A stretch of DNA of 64,000 nucleotides from Octopus vulgaris (taxonomy: Eukaryota), in assembly GCA_951406725.2 (NCBI GenBank), contig OX597833.1:8370001-8434000 (forward strand), given 5' to 3'. The stretch's first letter is position 1; each line of letters opens with the position of its first letter. The position numbers and the translations under genes were made by a program. Positions 16,798 through 29,040 of this stretch are shown here, one piece after another. Under the pieces are notes generated by a model, which saw only the letters and a list, made by a program, of their open reading frames with translations, searched no databases and was not told where the DNA came from.

Positions 16798-17715
16798 ATT
16801 TTGTTGAATTTTCTGCTGCTTTAAATAAAGTATATATATATTGATGTTAACGTAAATAAATCTAGATACGTAACCAATGCGTTTAATAGCATTATACGTA
16901 AATTTAAAACGAGAGTAAAATCTTTAAAAATCTATTTTCGATACATTTTAATAAAAATGTTGCTTTTTATTGTCTGAACGCCATCTTCACTCAAAGACTT
17001 TCCACTCGTTATATATCTCCTCGGGTTGTTATTCCAATTTCTTGTCTCCATCTCCGAACTTTTAATCCCTTCTTTGTGACTCCCGCTTGGTAATCTCTCA
17101 ATAAAAGTCGTTGTCATCACGATATTGCTATCATTTTGAACAGATGAAGGAAATACTGTTCAAAAATCTACATCAAATCGTATGTATATGTTCATACATA
17201 AAGTATGTAGCAAATCATACACTTATATACGATCAGATATTCACTTTGAAATCTACCAGAAAGTATTAAAAGAGAATGAATGCGTTATTGTCTGACTTCT
17301 CACGAATTATTGTTTGGAAGACATCAGCAAATAATTTGTTTGCTGATTTCTTTATAAACAAGACCTCGTGATCTTGTAAGTATTTGTCACAGTTAAGTGT
17401 TGTTAATATGAAAATTATATCTCAGCTGTTTTGTCTTGACACAGTAGAAATGTTCTCTGATGTCGTAGGATCAAAGTTTACGGCTGTGCTAATACGAATT
17501 TTCACAATTTTATCCCCTGTCCAACAATAGGAATGTAGGCCATTTAAGGTGGAATATTTAAATAGGTTTTCCCTTTTAATACAGAAAGTTGCTCGAAATA
17601 GCTGTAACCATTTATTTAATTAACCTTTTCACAATGAATTAACCATAAGACTAAAATTATTTTATTCAAACAAAACTATTTAAAGAATGGTATTTATTGT
17701 TACATTACAAGTATT

Positions 17716-18100
17716 TGTGGAGGCGCAATGGCCCAGTGGTTAGGGCAGCGGACTCGCGGTCGTAGGATCGCGGTTTCGATTCCCAAACCGGGCGTTGTGA
17801 GTGTTTATCGAGCGAAAACACCTAAAGCTCCACGAGGCTCCGGCAGGGAATGGTGGTGATCCCTGCTGTACTCTTTCACCACAACTTTCTCTCACTCTTA
17901 CTTCCTGTTTCTGTTGTACCTGTATTTCAAAGGGCCGGCCTTGTCACTCTCTGTGTCACGCTGAATATCCCCGAGAACTACGTTAAGGGTACACGTGTCT
18001 GTGGAGTGCTCAGCCACTTACACGTTAATTTCACGAGCAGGCTGTTCCGTTGATTCGGATCAACCGGAACCCTCGTCGCCGTAACCGACGGAGTGCTTCC
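17716..18100 (+). mobile_element. Full-length young tRNA-derived SINE
   Basis: A box tggcccagtggttagg, B box ggtttcgattccc; 9-bp TSD acaagtatt (17707-17715, 18101-18109); CpGs retained. Confidence 0.88.
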
Positions 18101-20254
18101 ACAAGTATTGAATCGTCTTTTTGATTGCCTTCTGTTCTCTGGACTGTTTCGTTAACCAACATCATTTTTTATGCAGAAGACATCTTGTATTTTCTGCTGT
18201 CTGTGGTTTTTTAAGTAACCAACTTTATTTTTATGAAGAAGACATCTTGTGTGTCTTTTAATGACTGTGGGTTTTACAAAACAATCATTGTCTTTGATGA
18301 AGAAAGTATGCTATCTGCTGTCTGTAGGTTCTACAAAACCAACATTAAATAAAAAGTCTTGTAACCATTTCTTACACAATCTATGAATCGGTGGAAACTG
18401 GTCGAATCATTAGACACCCCAATCAATCATCGATTTCTTTCTCTTCTAACAATGTTAAATGAAACAATATTCTTCATCTTCACGGGAAGTTTGCCTATCT
18501 TTGAATACTTTTTGTTTCTTCTTAAATGATTAATGAAATGTCTTATAGTAAAGTGTCGGCCTAGTTTCGAACCATCTCGCTCAGATCCCCAGTTTACAAC
18601 CACTGCCTAAATTTAACGTAGTAGGCAAAGGTCAGCAATTAGAAATTAATTGTGTCGCCATAAAAGTCATTAACACCGATATGAATATGGTTCAACCAAC
18701 CGATCAGATTTGCTGGTGTGGGCTAAATAAATGGTAGACTTTGTGAGTTTTCCCACCAAATAAGTCTGCTGAAAGTTCTAGAAGCTTGACAAAATGTTAT
18801 AAAAAGCTGGGATATTGAACACCCAAACAGAAAACCCTCAGGCACCATACAGAACTCTGTAAGTCAGTTTTGTGATAAGGTGTTTTCGTTCTGTCTGTTT
18901 AATCTGTTTTTTATAACCTTGAACAATTTTCATAGAAATAACTTAAATATTCTTTGCAATGAAGACTTATGACATTTATTATCTCATGTATGAGGTTTTA
19001 TTCAAATAATTGCTGTACATATGTAAATACAAATGTTCCAGATAATAAAGAGCTTGGAAATGGATATCATCATCATCATTATTATTCTTATTAGTATTAT
19101 TATTAATGATAATAATAGGGTTATTTTCACCATCACGCGCAACCTACGTAATATTGTGTACTACCAACAACGATTTAATGACCAGACTCACAAAACCGAA
19201 ATTCACTGGAGCGTTATAATACGTCAAGTGTAAATATTGCTTCGAATGAAGAGTAGACGAGCAATGGAATTCAAAATAAGGTCTATATAAATTATTGCAC
19301 GAACTTGTGTAACTGTACTGATGGCCACGGGGACTCTTATATTTATACTGGGGGTCGCATTAGTTACTGTATTTAAAATAATTGATTATATGAGCTTCTA
19401 GATTGCCAATTAATTCAACTGGCTAATACATAACTGCTAAACCCCTGTCGATGTTCAGTAATGGCAACAGATTTAAGCACGAACTTTTAGACGAGTATTT
19501 TCCACAAAATATAGACAAGATGGATATCACTAGAATATTTCGTTAAAGTTTGTTCTTCATTAAGAGTTTAAATCAGAGTTGATAGTAAGCAATCAAGGTT
19601 AGCACTAGGCATTAATAAACTGCCAACGAAACGCTTTACCACTCTGGGACAATTCGCAGCAGATTTCCCAGGTTTTCTTAAAACAATAAGTAAATTATTT
19701 TAATCATGATATCCAGTTCTTACCTAAATACCTACACTTGAAATAGAAACTAACAAAAGAGTCTATTTTTGGTTCGCCCAACCTCATTCAGACTTTCTGA
19801 CTGTTCAACTTGCTTTGCTGTCAAATGTTTCAAATATTTTCCTATTTTTGTTTTTAAAGCCGCTGAAATTCTTCCTGTTTGAGTTTTGATTCGCCGTTTC
19901 TAATCCCGTTGACTTTTGTTTTTAATAAAAATTTGGAGAAAGTTTAAAGAAACTTTTTTTTTTTTAGGAATCTGAAATTGCTAGGAGGAATGGATTCCCA
20001 GCCCCTTCGCTTCCGTCCCTTTTAGTCGCCTCTTACGCCACGCAGGGAATACGGTGACTGCATTCTACCGATCCCCACCTCCCAGTCGCAGTGGGGTTTG
20101 GTAGTTAACCCATGGCTGTGACCCTTACCGGTGCTACTACTCCGGGCCAGAGTAAACCTGGGAACAATAGTGGTTAAGAAGTGGTTCTATGTTTATTTAT
20201 CCTTCTCTGTTAACCGTTTCCATGTTCTACTTCGATTTTCACCAATATATACAT

Positions 20255-20330
<76 letters not shown>

Positions 20331-20337
20331 AGAGAGA

Positions 20338-20426
<89 letters not shown>

Positions 20427-20500
20427 GAAAATAGAAAGTCACAGACAGACAGACAGACAGATAGATAGGTAAATGCATGGATGGATGGACGGATGGATCT
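20255..20500. repeat. (GT)n(GA)n(GACA)n compound microsatellite
   Basis: Direct inspection. Confidence 0.95.
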
Positions 20501-21064
20501 TATAATCCCTACCCAGGCGACACGGTCTGACTTTAAAACCACACCCAACACTCGTTAAACTTTTATTTCACTCTCAACTCAAGGTACCCGGTTCTATGAA
20601 AGTGTCATTAACCAAAAAGTCGTCAACTAAATCACGATACCAAGAACCAAGAATCAAGACTCATTAATCATATTAATGAGGAACAAGTTGAAACAAGACG
20701 AGAATGGGATTGGGACGAGAGGGGGGCACGAAAATTGACAGGCAAATAAATTTTCTTCAGAATATTCCGAGCTGAAGATATAATAAAAAAAAATCCATTT
20801 GTCGTCAAGATACAACTCCTTTGTCGAAGAGAAGAGCAATTCTTCTGACTTTGATTGTTATTACTTTTGGCATTAAGAAGAAATGAGGTTTGGAGAGTTG
20901 GTAATTTATTGTGACTCTTCTGTTCCTTGAGCACTCACCATTGTAGCTGTCAGTGGTTCTAGTGTAGGGGGAGAGGGATGGGGGAAATAAAGAGAGGGGG
21001 GTAGGGGAGATGGGGAGAGAGGGAGGGCGAGGAAAGGTTATATACATGTATGTATGTATGTGTA

Positions 21065-21120
<56 letters not shown>

Positions 21121-21242
21121 AGGGGGAAGGAGAGAAGGAAGGAGAGTGAAAGATATTCTGCCAGCTCGCCACCTTAAGAGAAGAAGAAGAAGAAGAAGAA
21201 GAAGAAGAAGAAGAAGAAGAAGAAGAAGAAGAAGAAGAAGAC

Positions 21243-21420
21243 ATGACAACCTAAGGAGAGTAATCCACTGGAAGTTATGAAGAATGCTAGGATCTGATGT
21301 AATCTCCAGGGATACAGGCATCCAGCAACAGGACCTCCGTAATGCTATAATGGACCGTGAAGTCTGGCGTAGCATAGTGAATTCCATTGTCTCGACCACG
21401 GCCGAACAATGATGATGAAG
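21243..21420 (+). mobile_element. RTE-like LINE 3' terminal fragment
   Basis: Ends ...MDREVWRSIVNSIVSTTAEQ-like, followed by a (TGA)n tail; adjacent to a (GAA)n array. Confidence 0.55.
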
Positions 21421-21951
21421 ATCTGACCATACTGAATTGGCAAAGCTGTTTCATCGACCCCTTCCATTTCTGAACACCACTCCTGTGATTCCCCCCGCCC
21501 CGCCCCGTCCTCCTCATAATCCAAAACCAACCAAATTGTTTCAGTTTACGCCATTTCTTTGTCTCAGCAAGATGTCACTGTCCAACACACGACCTCGATG
21601 TTTCAAACCCACAGCACAGATCAATCCGTCATATTCATGTCTCAAATTTGAAACTTTGACCTCTCACAATCTCAATGTTTCGAGTCAAAAGTATTATTTT
21701 ATTCCCACCCTCCTCCATTTTCATGATTAAAGACCTCAAGCTGTTAGGACCCTCCCCTCTATCTCTCCCTTTGTCCCATCCACCATTTCCATATGGTCAG
21801 CTTTTAATCCAGTTTGATCTCACATCCTTTCCGTATCTTCTGATCCGCCTCATCCAAGTCTCAGCGGTTCTCCCCTTCCATATCTCCACTTATAGAACAC
21901 CCCTTCATCCCACATCTTCTCCATATCTCTTCTCTACAAGACTGTTTAATA

Positions 21952-22005
<54 letters not shown>

Positions 22006-22179
22006 ACACACACACACACACACACACTGCATAGCCCTCGTCCACCACAGCATTTGATCTCGGTCCATTCCCGTATATACCGAAAATCGTTTTTTATTCA
22101 ACTTACGCAAAGATTTGAGTAAGTTGAATTCGTGAGTAATTAACGGTTTTATGACAGCGATTGGTGCTGAGGATTTACT

Positions 22180-22246
<67 letters not shown>

Positions 22247-22261
22247 AGATATAGATATATA

Positions 22262-22347
<86 letters not shown>

Positions 22348-22407
22348 TGTATGTATATCGTGAAGTAAAGCCTTGTGTATGTACATATGTATGTATATTT
22401 CAAGTCG

Positions 22408-22935
22408 CTACTGGTAACATGTAACCCAGTACAACCTGTTGCATGGTCGGGTCGTCGGCGAGTAAACCGGCAACCCCACCAAGCTTGCTTGGTGAGGAGG
22501 GTGTTTATTGGACATCCTGCGGGAGAAAAAACAATACCCGTCAAAGGGCGGAGGAACTCTTGAGAGTCAACGGCCATCCAATGAATGTCTTAAGGCTGTA
22601 TCATGCGCTGGGACATAGAAATAATCGGACTGAATACCCGATCGCGCGGTTAAACCATTGGGAGTGAAGGACTCCTAGTCTTTGTTAGGGCATCCTTCTA
22701 GGAGACGGTAACTCAGGTAACTGGGATAACTCCGACATAAATCTGCGGCTCAGTGGTTACCGATGATGTTGACTTGTTCTTCTTTTCGGGTTAAGGCTGC
22801 TTAGTGAGTGGGAATGACTCAGTGCACAGCCTTTCCTCACTTTAAAAAAAATCTTCTTGCACAGGCATTGCACGATAACAACATTGATTAAGCTTCGTGC
22901 AATGGCCATACTCGATAACGAGGGGGCAGCCACCA
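22408..22935 (+). mobile_element. Retroposon-derived interspersed repeat (RTE-associated, uncertain family)
   Basis: GC-richer, CpG-containing block in AT-rich DNA with no intact ORF. It resembles LINE 5'-region or non-autonomous retroposon sequence. Confidence 0.4.
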
Positions 22936-23945
22936 TATTTCAAGTAAGTCTATTAAGTCCAATAAAAACCTTCGAGTCACATTCTATCTTCTGCTGATTA
23001 AAAATTTGAAAGAAACATGTATACAAGGTAAAAACTGAAAAATATGAAAAATACTTTAAAATAATTATGACATTTTTACATGAGTTTCAGCGACGATTGG
23101 AAATGGTTATGTAAGATCAGCCCTGTGCAATTCTTCATGTCTCATAACGATTTCTGGTGATGTGACGTGAAATAAAGGATTGTGTATGGAATCTTCCATA
23201 ATTATTTTAGAATCTTCACTGAAACACGTGTATAGACGTTACAATATTTTATCCATTTCAATCATTGGATTTTGGCCATGCTGGAGCAACACCTTCAAAG
23301 TTTTAGTCGAACAAATCAACCCCAGCGTTAATTTTTTTTAAAAGCCTGGTACTTATTCTATTGGTCTCCCTTTGCCAAACCACTAAGTGATGGGGATGTA
23401 AACAAACCAACACTGTCAAGCAGTGGTGGAAACAAACACAAACACACTAATATCAAATAGTGAGAATGAGTGCTCAACACCGTTTTGGTGGATGAATACT
23501 CTTTATTTGTGAGTTACCAAGGTTACTAAAGGTTTCGTGTAAAGAGGAATCTCTTTACAATTTTCAAGAGTACCAGATTAGAACGTTGACACTCATTTCC
23601 AATTTTGAGGTATGTACGCATATTTGTATGTATGTATGAACACGAAGGGTTTCTTTCAGTTTCCATCTACCAAATCCCCCATAAGGCTTTGGTAGGCCTG
23701 GGGCTATAATAGAAAATGTTTGCCCAAGTTGCCGCACATTGGGATTGAACTCAAGACCACATGGTTGGGTAGCAAACGTCTTTACCACACAGCCACGCTT
23801 GCGCTTATAACTAGACATTTCTAAATTATATTCTCCATTTCAACCAGTAAACTTTTAACGCGAAATTTCGCTACAGCATTAAATTTCTTCCCTGGCATCT
23901 AAGTCGGGGTGAAATGGAACATATGGAGTTCCAACCTAATGAATA

Positions 23946-24333
23946 TCTCTCTCTATATAAAGCTGAAGTTGTCTGTGTATGGCAGGTTTGGTAGCCTTCA
24001 ACTAACACTATCTCCTCCGGGACCCTGTGGCGCAAGTTGACCAAAATGGAGAGTATGATAGAAGGCTTGCTCTTCATTCCTTAGAAGAAAAAAATTAAAA
24101 TCAGACCATGTTAACACCAAAAATTATTTACATCAAAAAGGTGCATTTTTCTATGAAAATCCCTATTTTTTACGATTTTTTTACTGCTGTGTCGCCATTT
24201 TTCGGTGTATTTCAACCAGGAAAATGTTCACTTAAAGAGAATAACAAGCTACATAATGCAAAATTTTTACTTTTCGAACATTCCAATTCTAAAGGGTCGA
24301 AACAAACCCGAGCAACGCCGGGCGATACTGCTA

Positions 24334-24334
<1 letters not shown>
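23946..24334 (+). mobile_element. Non-autonomous Helitron
   Basis: 5' TC(tctatataaa), 3' CTAG followed by T, subterminal hairpin cccg-agcaacgc-cggg; no TSD; inserted at an A/T site. Confidence 0.75.
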
Positions 24335-24372
<38 letters not shown>

Positions 24373-24780
24373 ATTGCCACTTTATAAATAGTGTGTGCGC
24401 GCGCATGCGTGCATACTGTTCATTTGTTGATGGGATCAGCAACTGAAAACTCAAAACATTCCAAAGTAATAAATATTTTATAAGAAAGAGCATTTTAAAT
24501 GATATCTGGCAACAGCTTAAGTTTGATGCCCCAGGGGAGACATTTAGCTCAGTTCAAGTCAAGCCGTACTCAGGCCACACTTTTCATTTTCCAGCTTACC
24601 TCATTCCATACATCAAATGACCGACAATAATCTACAAGATTTCCTAAGTAGACGTGTTGTGTGCGAGCAAATGCATTTATTGGGGGAGGGGTAGCAACTC
24701 AGGTTTACCCAAATCTAAGTTGTAACCCTTGTCAGCGAGTTGAGGAAATTGCTGAACGAATTACGCATGGATTTTCTTAT

Positions 24781-25175
24781 CTTTTTCTTGTTTCATTCAT
24801 TAGACTGCGGCCATGCTGGGGCACAGCCTTGAAGAGTTTTAACTGAACGAATCTACCTCATACTTATTTTTAAAGCCTGGTACTTATTTTATCGATCAGT
24901 TTTGCTGAGCTGCTAAGTTACAGAGACATAAACACATCAACGCCGGTTGTGAAGCGATGGCAAAGGACAGACACAAAGACAGGCACACACACACACACAC
25001 ACAGACACACACATACGACAGGCTTCTTTCAGTTTCCGTCTACCAAATCCACTCACAAGGCTTTGGTCGTCCCGAGGTTATAACAGAAGATGCTTGCTCA
25101 ACGTGCCATGCAGTGGGACTGAACCTGCAACCATGAGATTGGAAAGCAAACTTCTAATCACACATCCACCCCTGT
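24781..25175 (-). mobile_element. SINE family A
   Basis: Reverse-complement match to family A. Confidence 0.8.
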
Positions 25176-25339
25176 GTCTGCATTATCTCGTATTGTATTG
25201 TTTTGTTGAGGATGATAGAAATGTTAAAACATCCAGGGCTGTTGGTACCATTAGGTAGATCTGTTGTATCTGCATTGTTGTGGTTGTGTGTGTGCATAGC
25301 TGAGTATAAACACTGGATGTTTGAAAGACGAGTGTAGAG

Positions 25340-25534
25340 CAGTGCTTTTCAAACTTTTTGCTGGAGCGGAACCCCAAGGAAACATTCCACTGGCTCGAGG
25401 AACCCCTGTGCAATATCTGCACAGGAGAATTAAATATTACTGCCGATTTTAGCAGTTTTGTAACTTCTTGCGGAACCCCTGGACTGTACTGGCGGAACCC
25501 TAAGGTTCCGCAGAACCCTGGTTGAAAACCACTG
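25340..25534. mobile_element. hAT (Charlie-like) MITE, copy 1
   Basis: TIRs cagtgcttttcaa and ttgaaaaccactg; 8-bp TSD gtgtagag (25332-25339, 25535-25542). Confidence 0.9.
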
Positions 25535-26566
25535 GTGTAGAGGGTGTGTTCAGCTGAGTTCATGAGTCGTAGTGTTGTAGGTGACATTTTCCAATTAGTC
25601 AGGATGAATTTACCCAGGTGAATACATCTGGTGACCATCCCATTTTTCAAATTTAGTTTTTGAAGATCTTTGATTTGAGCAGCAGATGACCCGGTTTCTG
25701 TTGTGCAAAAACTGTGACTTCTAGCATTTGAAGAGACTGTTGCTGCAGCTGGCGTTTTATTCTCCCAATGTCCACATGTAGCTTGTTCATGTCATGGAAC
25801 TACTTTTATTATGGTGTCTGAAGGCTGCCTCATGATTCTAACTTACCTTAAACTCACCTTCATATGTGCCAATGTAACTTTTCTTTTTCATTGTTTGGTT
25901 TAGCAATTTCAGTTTCATCCACCACCAACTTCATGTTCCATGCTTGATCTAATGGACAACATTCTGCATTTCAGAACGTAGAATCTGGAACGAACCTCTT
26001 AATGGATTTACTTGTGATGGTTGTCTTCATCCTGGGACCAAAACAGTAGCTTATTTTCACAAAATACCTGGGGATGATTGTTCTGTTTCAGTAACTGTCA
26101 GGGACATTACCTAGAAAAGCTAGGGAAGTTTTTCTTACATTTTAATAATCAGGGTGAAAGTGAAGGAGGTGAACCACATCAACCCTCAGGGCCTATTATT
26201 GAGTTGCCGTTTTATACATTCCAATTGACCCCTGCATCATGAATACCAACTTATAACTTTACACAATTTCCTAGAAACTTCCTAATTCTTTTAGCATTTT
26301 ACTCAATTTAAACATTCCTGACAATACATGGGCCACAACTTAGATCTGAGTTAACACACCTTCCACAAGAAACATATTTGTCCACACATAATATGTTTCC
26401 TCTGAAATTCTCGTATATTACCACCAACCACTTTTTGATGTGGAAGGAGGAAAAACAAATGATTGAAAAAGAGTTGAAGGAGCTTAGTTTCATTCAAACC
26501 AAGATGGATGTCTTCCCTGAAACTTAAAACTTACATTGTTGTCAGTTGGATACTATTTAAGATTTT

Positions 26567-26605
<39 letters not shown>

Positions 26606-27262
26606 GCCTCCAGGTGTAGAAAGCCTGCAAGAAAAGACAGTGGAGCCAGGTGTGGTCCCTGGCCTTACCAGCTCTGGTGAAACCGTCCAATCCATGCCAG
26701 CATGGAAAACGGATGATAAATGATGAGGATGGTGAAAGATACACACACACACACACACATATATTTCATCAACACATTTAGCATCCTTTTTCCCGCATCC
26801 TGGCAGGTGTTAAACAGTTCAACATGGACAAACAAGCGAGAGGACTGTGCCAGGTTCCAATGTCTGCTTTGGCAGAGTTTCTACAGCTGGATGCCCTTCC
26901 TAACACTGTAATGTACTGGGTGCTTTTCACCTGACATCATCACCAACAATGAGGGTCACCAAATACCTGCAAGGTAAAACCCCACCCCCACTCTCTCAAC
27001 TAAGTGTAGCATTGAGAAATAAAAAGCTAAGAGGAACAGGAGCAGGTGCCCTGCTAAAGAGAAGGTTTGTGTTTAATCTCATTGTGAAAATAGACCATAT
27101 TTATCAGCCAGCAGCAAGGGAGATAAACAAAGGAGTTGATTAGGGATTCAGTTTTAGCTGTTGTTAAAGCCATCATCAGGATTTGAAAACTTGTAAATAA
27201 AAAAAACAAAAAAGGTTAGGGGAGAAAAAACAACACCAAAAGAAAGAAAATTGTTTGTCAAA

Positions 27263-27300
27263 TTTATTTATCCATCACAAAAGGGGTTTGTTGGTTTATT
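27263..27300 (-). terminator. Candidate GOT2 polyadenylation signals
   Basis: AATAAA on the minus strand at 27295-27300 and 27263-27268, about 330-360 nt after the stop, followed by a U/GU-rich tract. Confidence 0.55.
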
Positions 27301-27625
27301 TTTTTTAAATTTCTTCTAAAAACAAAAATTTATATACATATGTGAGTGCATGTGTGTGTGTGTGTGTGTGTGTGTATAATTAGAAAAAAAGGCTTTCCTT
27401 GAAATCGATTTTGTTCAGGTATTTGGAGTTGAAAGCTGAGCTAAGTGGTGCCACCTTCTAAGACAGTTCTAATCTACCGCGGGTAGAAGTATGTAAAACT
27501 GAATGGAATCTTCCAAACAGTTCTTTGAATGGAATCTTCCAACAGCTCTTTCAGTAAGATAGGATTACAGATGCAAGAAGGGAGTTGAAGAAATACAGAG
27601 CGCTGTAGAGGGTGTATAAAATTAA

Positions 27626-27748
27626 TTATTTGGTTACTGTGTGTATAGCATGGGCTAAATAATCAACATTGCCGGAGCATACTCCAGCCACGGATATACG
27701 ACCATCCTTTGTCAAATAGATGGAGAACTCCTTTGTTAAACGTCCAAC
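27626..27748 (-). CDS. GOT2: GOT2 exon 11 (terminal coding part)
   Basis: [40 protein letters not shown]; DGRIS substrate-binding Arg; TAA at 27626-27628. The summed CDS is 1287 nt, in frame. Confidence 0.97.
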   Translation of the reverse strand, partial: VGRLTKEFSIYLTKDGRISVAGVCSGNVDYLAHAIHTVTK

Positions 27749-28054
27749 CTACAATGATACGAGAAAGAAATTAAACAGGAACATAATTAACTTTTTTTTT
27801 AATCAACGTGAATACTAATTCACACACACACACACACACACACACATGTATATATATATATATGCATCAACTACAGAGGGTCTCAAAGTTAAATAGAACT
27901 GTGATCTTCTTTCCTATGTTACAAATCCTTTATTAATAGAAATACATGCATAAGCACACACACACACACAGAGGATTAATCAACCAACAAACTCTCAATA
28001 CTTGTGTGTATGTATGTAAGTATATGTGTGTGTGCATGTGTATATATATATTCG

Positions 28055-28313
28055 CCTGGCCCCCGTGCCGGTGGCACGTAAGAGCACCATCCATTTGTGG
28101 CCGTTTGCCAGCTCCGTCTGGCATCTGTGCGGGTGGCACGTAAAAAGCACCCACTACACTCACGGAGTGGTTGGCGTTAGGAAGAGCATCCAGCTGTAGA
28201 AACACTGCCAGATCAGACTGGGCCTGATACAGCCTTCTGGCTTCCCAGACCCCAATTGAACCGTCCAACCCATGCTAGCATGGAAAGCGGACGCTAAACG
28301 ATGATGATGATGA
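28055..28313 (+). mobile_element. SINE family C
   Basis: Same body and (GAT)n tail. Confidence 0.85.
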
Positions 28314-28723
28314 TATATATATATATATGTCTGTATATGTGTGTGTGTGTGTGTTTATGCCTGTGCCTGTCAGAGTGGTCTCCCTTGGTATTAGGCCAGA
28401 CAGGTGAGCTGACCCACCCCCACCAACATCAAATGTTGTCGGTCAGAAGTTAGAGAGAGAAAGGCAGCAATGTGTGTGTGTGTGTGTGTGTGTGTGCATA
28501 CATGTGTGAGGGCGCATGGGCTAGGGGTTCGGGTGTTGCACTCATGACCACAAGACCCTGATTTCAGTCCCTAGACCGGGTGGTCTGTTGTGTTCTTGAG
28601 CAAAACACTTCATCTCACCTCGATCTGCGATCACTTCGATGCCTGACGCATGGCACACCTGTAACACCTGTCCAGGCAGCATCAATTTGATGGAGAGACA
28701 GTGAGCTAATACACAGCACTTGA

Positions 28724-29040
28724 TCATCATCATCATCGTTTAACATCCGTTTTCCGTGCTAGCAAGGGTTGGACGGTTCGACCGGGGTCTGGGAAGCCAG
28801 GGGCTGCACCAGGCTCCAGTCTGATCTGGCAGTGTTTCTACAGCTGGATGTCCTTCCTAACGCCAACCACTCCAAGAGTGTAGTGGGTGCTTTTTACGTG
28901 CCACCGGCACAGGTGCCAGGGGAGTCTGGCATCGGCCATGATCGGTTGGTGCTTTTAACGTGCCACCGGCACGGAAGCCAGCCAAGGCGGCACTGGCATC
29001 GGCCACGTTCGGATGGTGCTTTTTATGTGCCACCGGCACA
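28724..29040 (-). mobile_element. SINE family C
   Basis: Reverse-complement copy, tail-to-tail with 28055-28313. Confidence 0.85.

Larger units (their letters stand above)
16675..16830. repeat. Perfect palindrome, 75-bp arms, 6-nt loop
   Basis: 16675-16749 is the reverse complement of 16756-16830; the loop is tgttag. Confidence 0.95.

Noticed and set aside
17716-17800. tRNA gene
   Set aside because: A and B boxes are present, but there is no proper acceptor stem or poly-T terminator. The sequence continues into a TSD-flanked SINE body.
18400-19600. Possible very old hAT transposase remnant (KTEIHWS, LDEYFPQ)
   Set aside because: Only weak, isolated resemblances. It needs BLASTX and is not supportable by eye.
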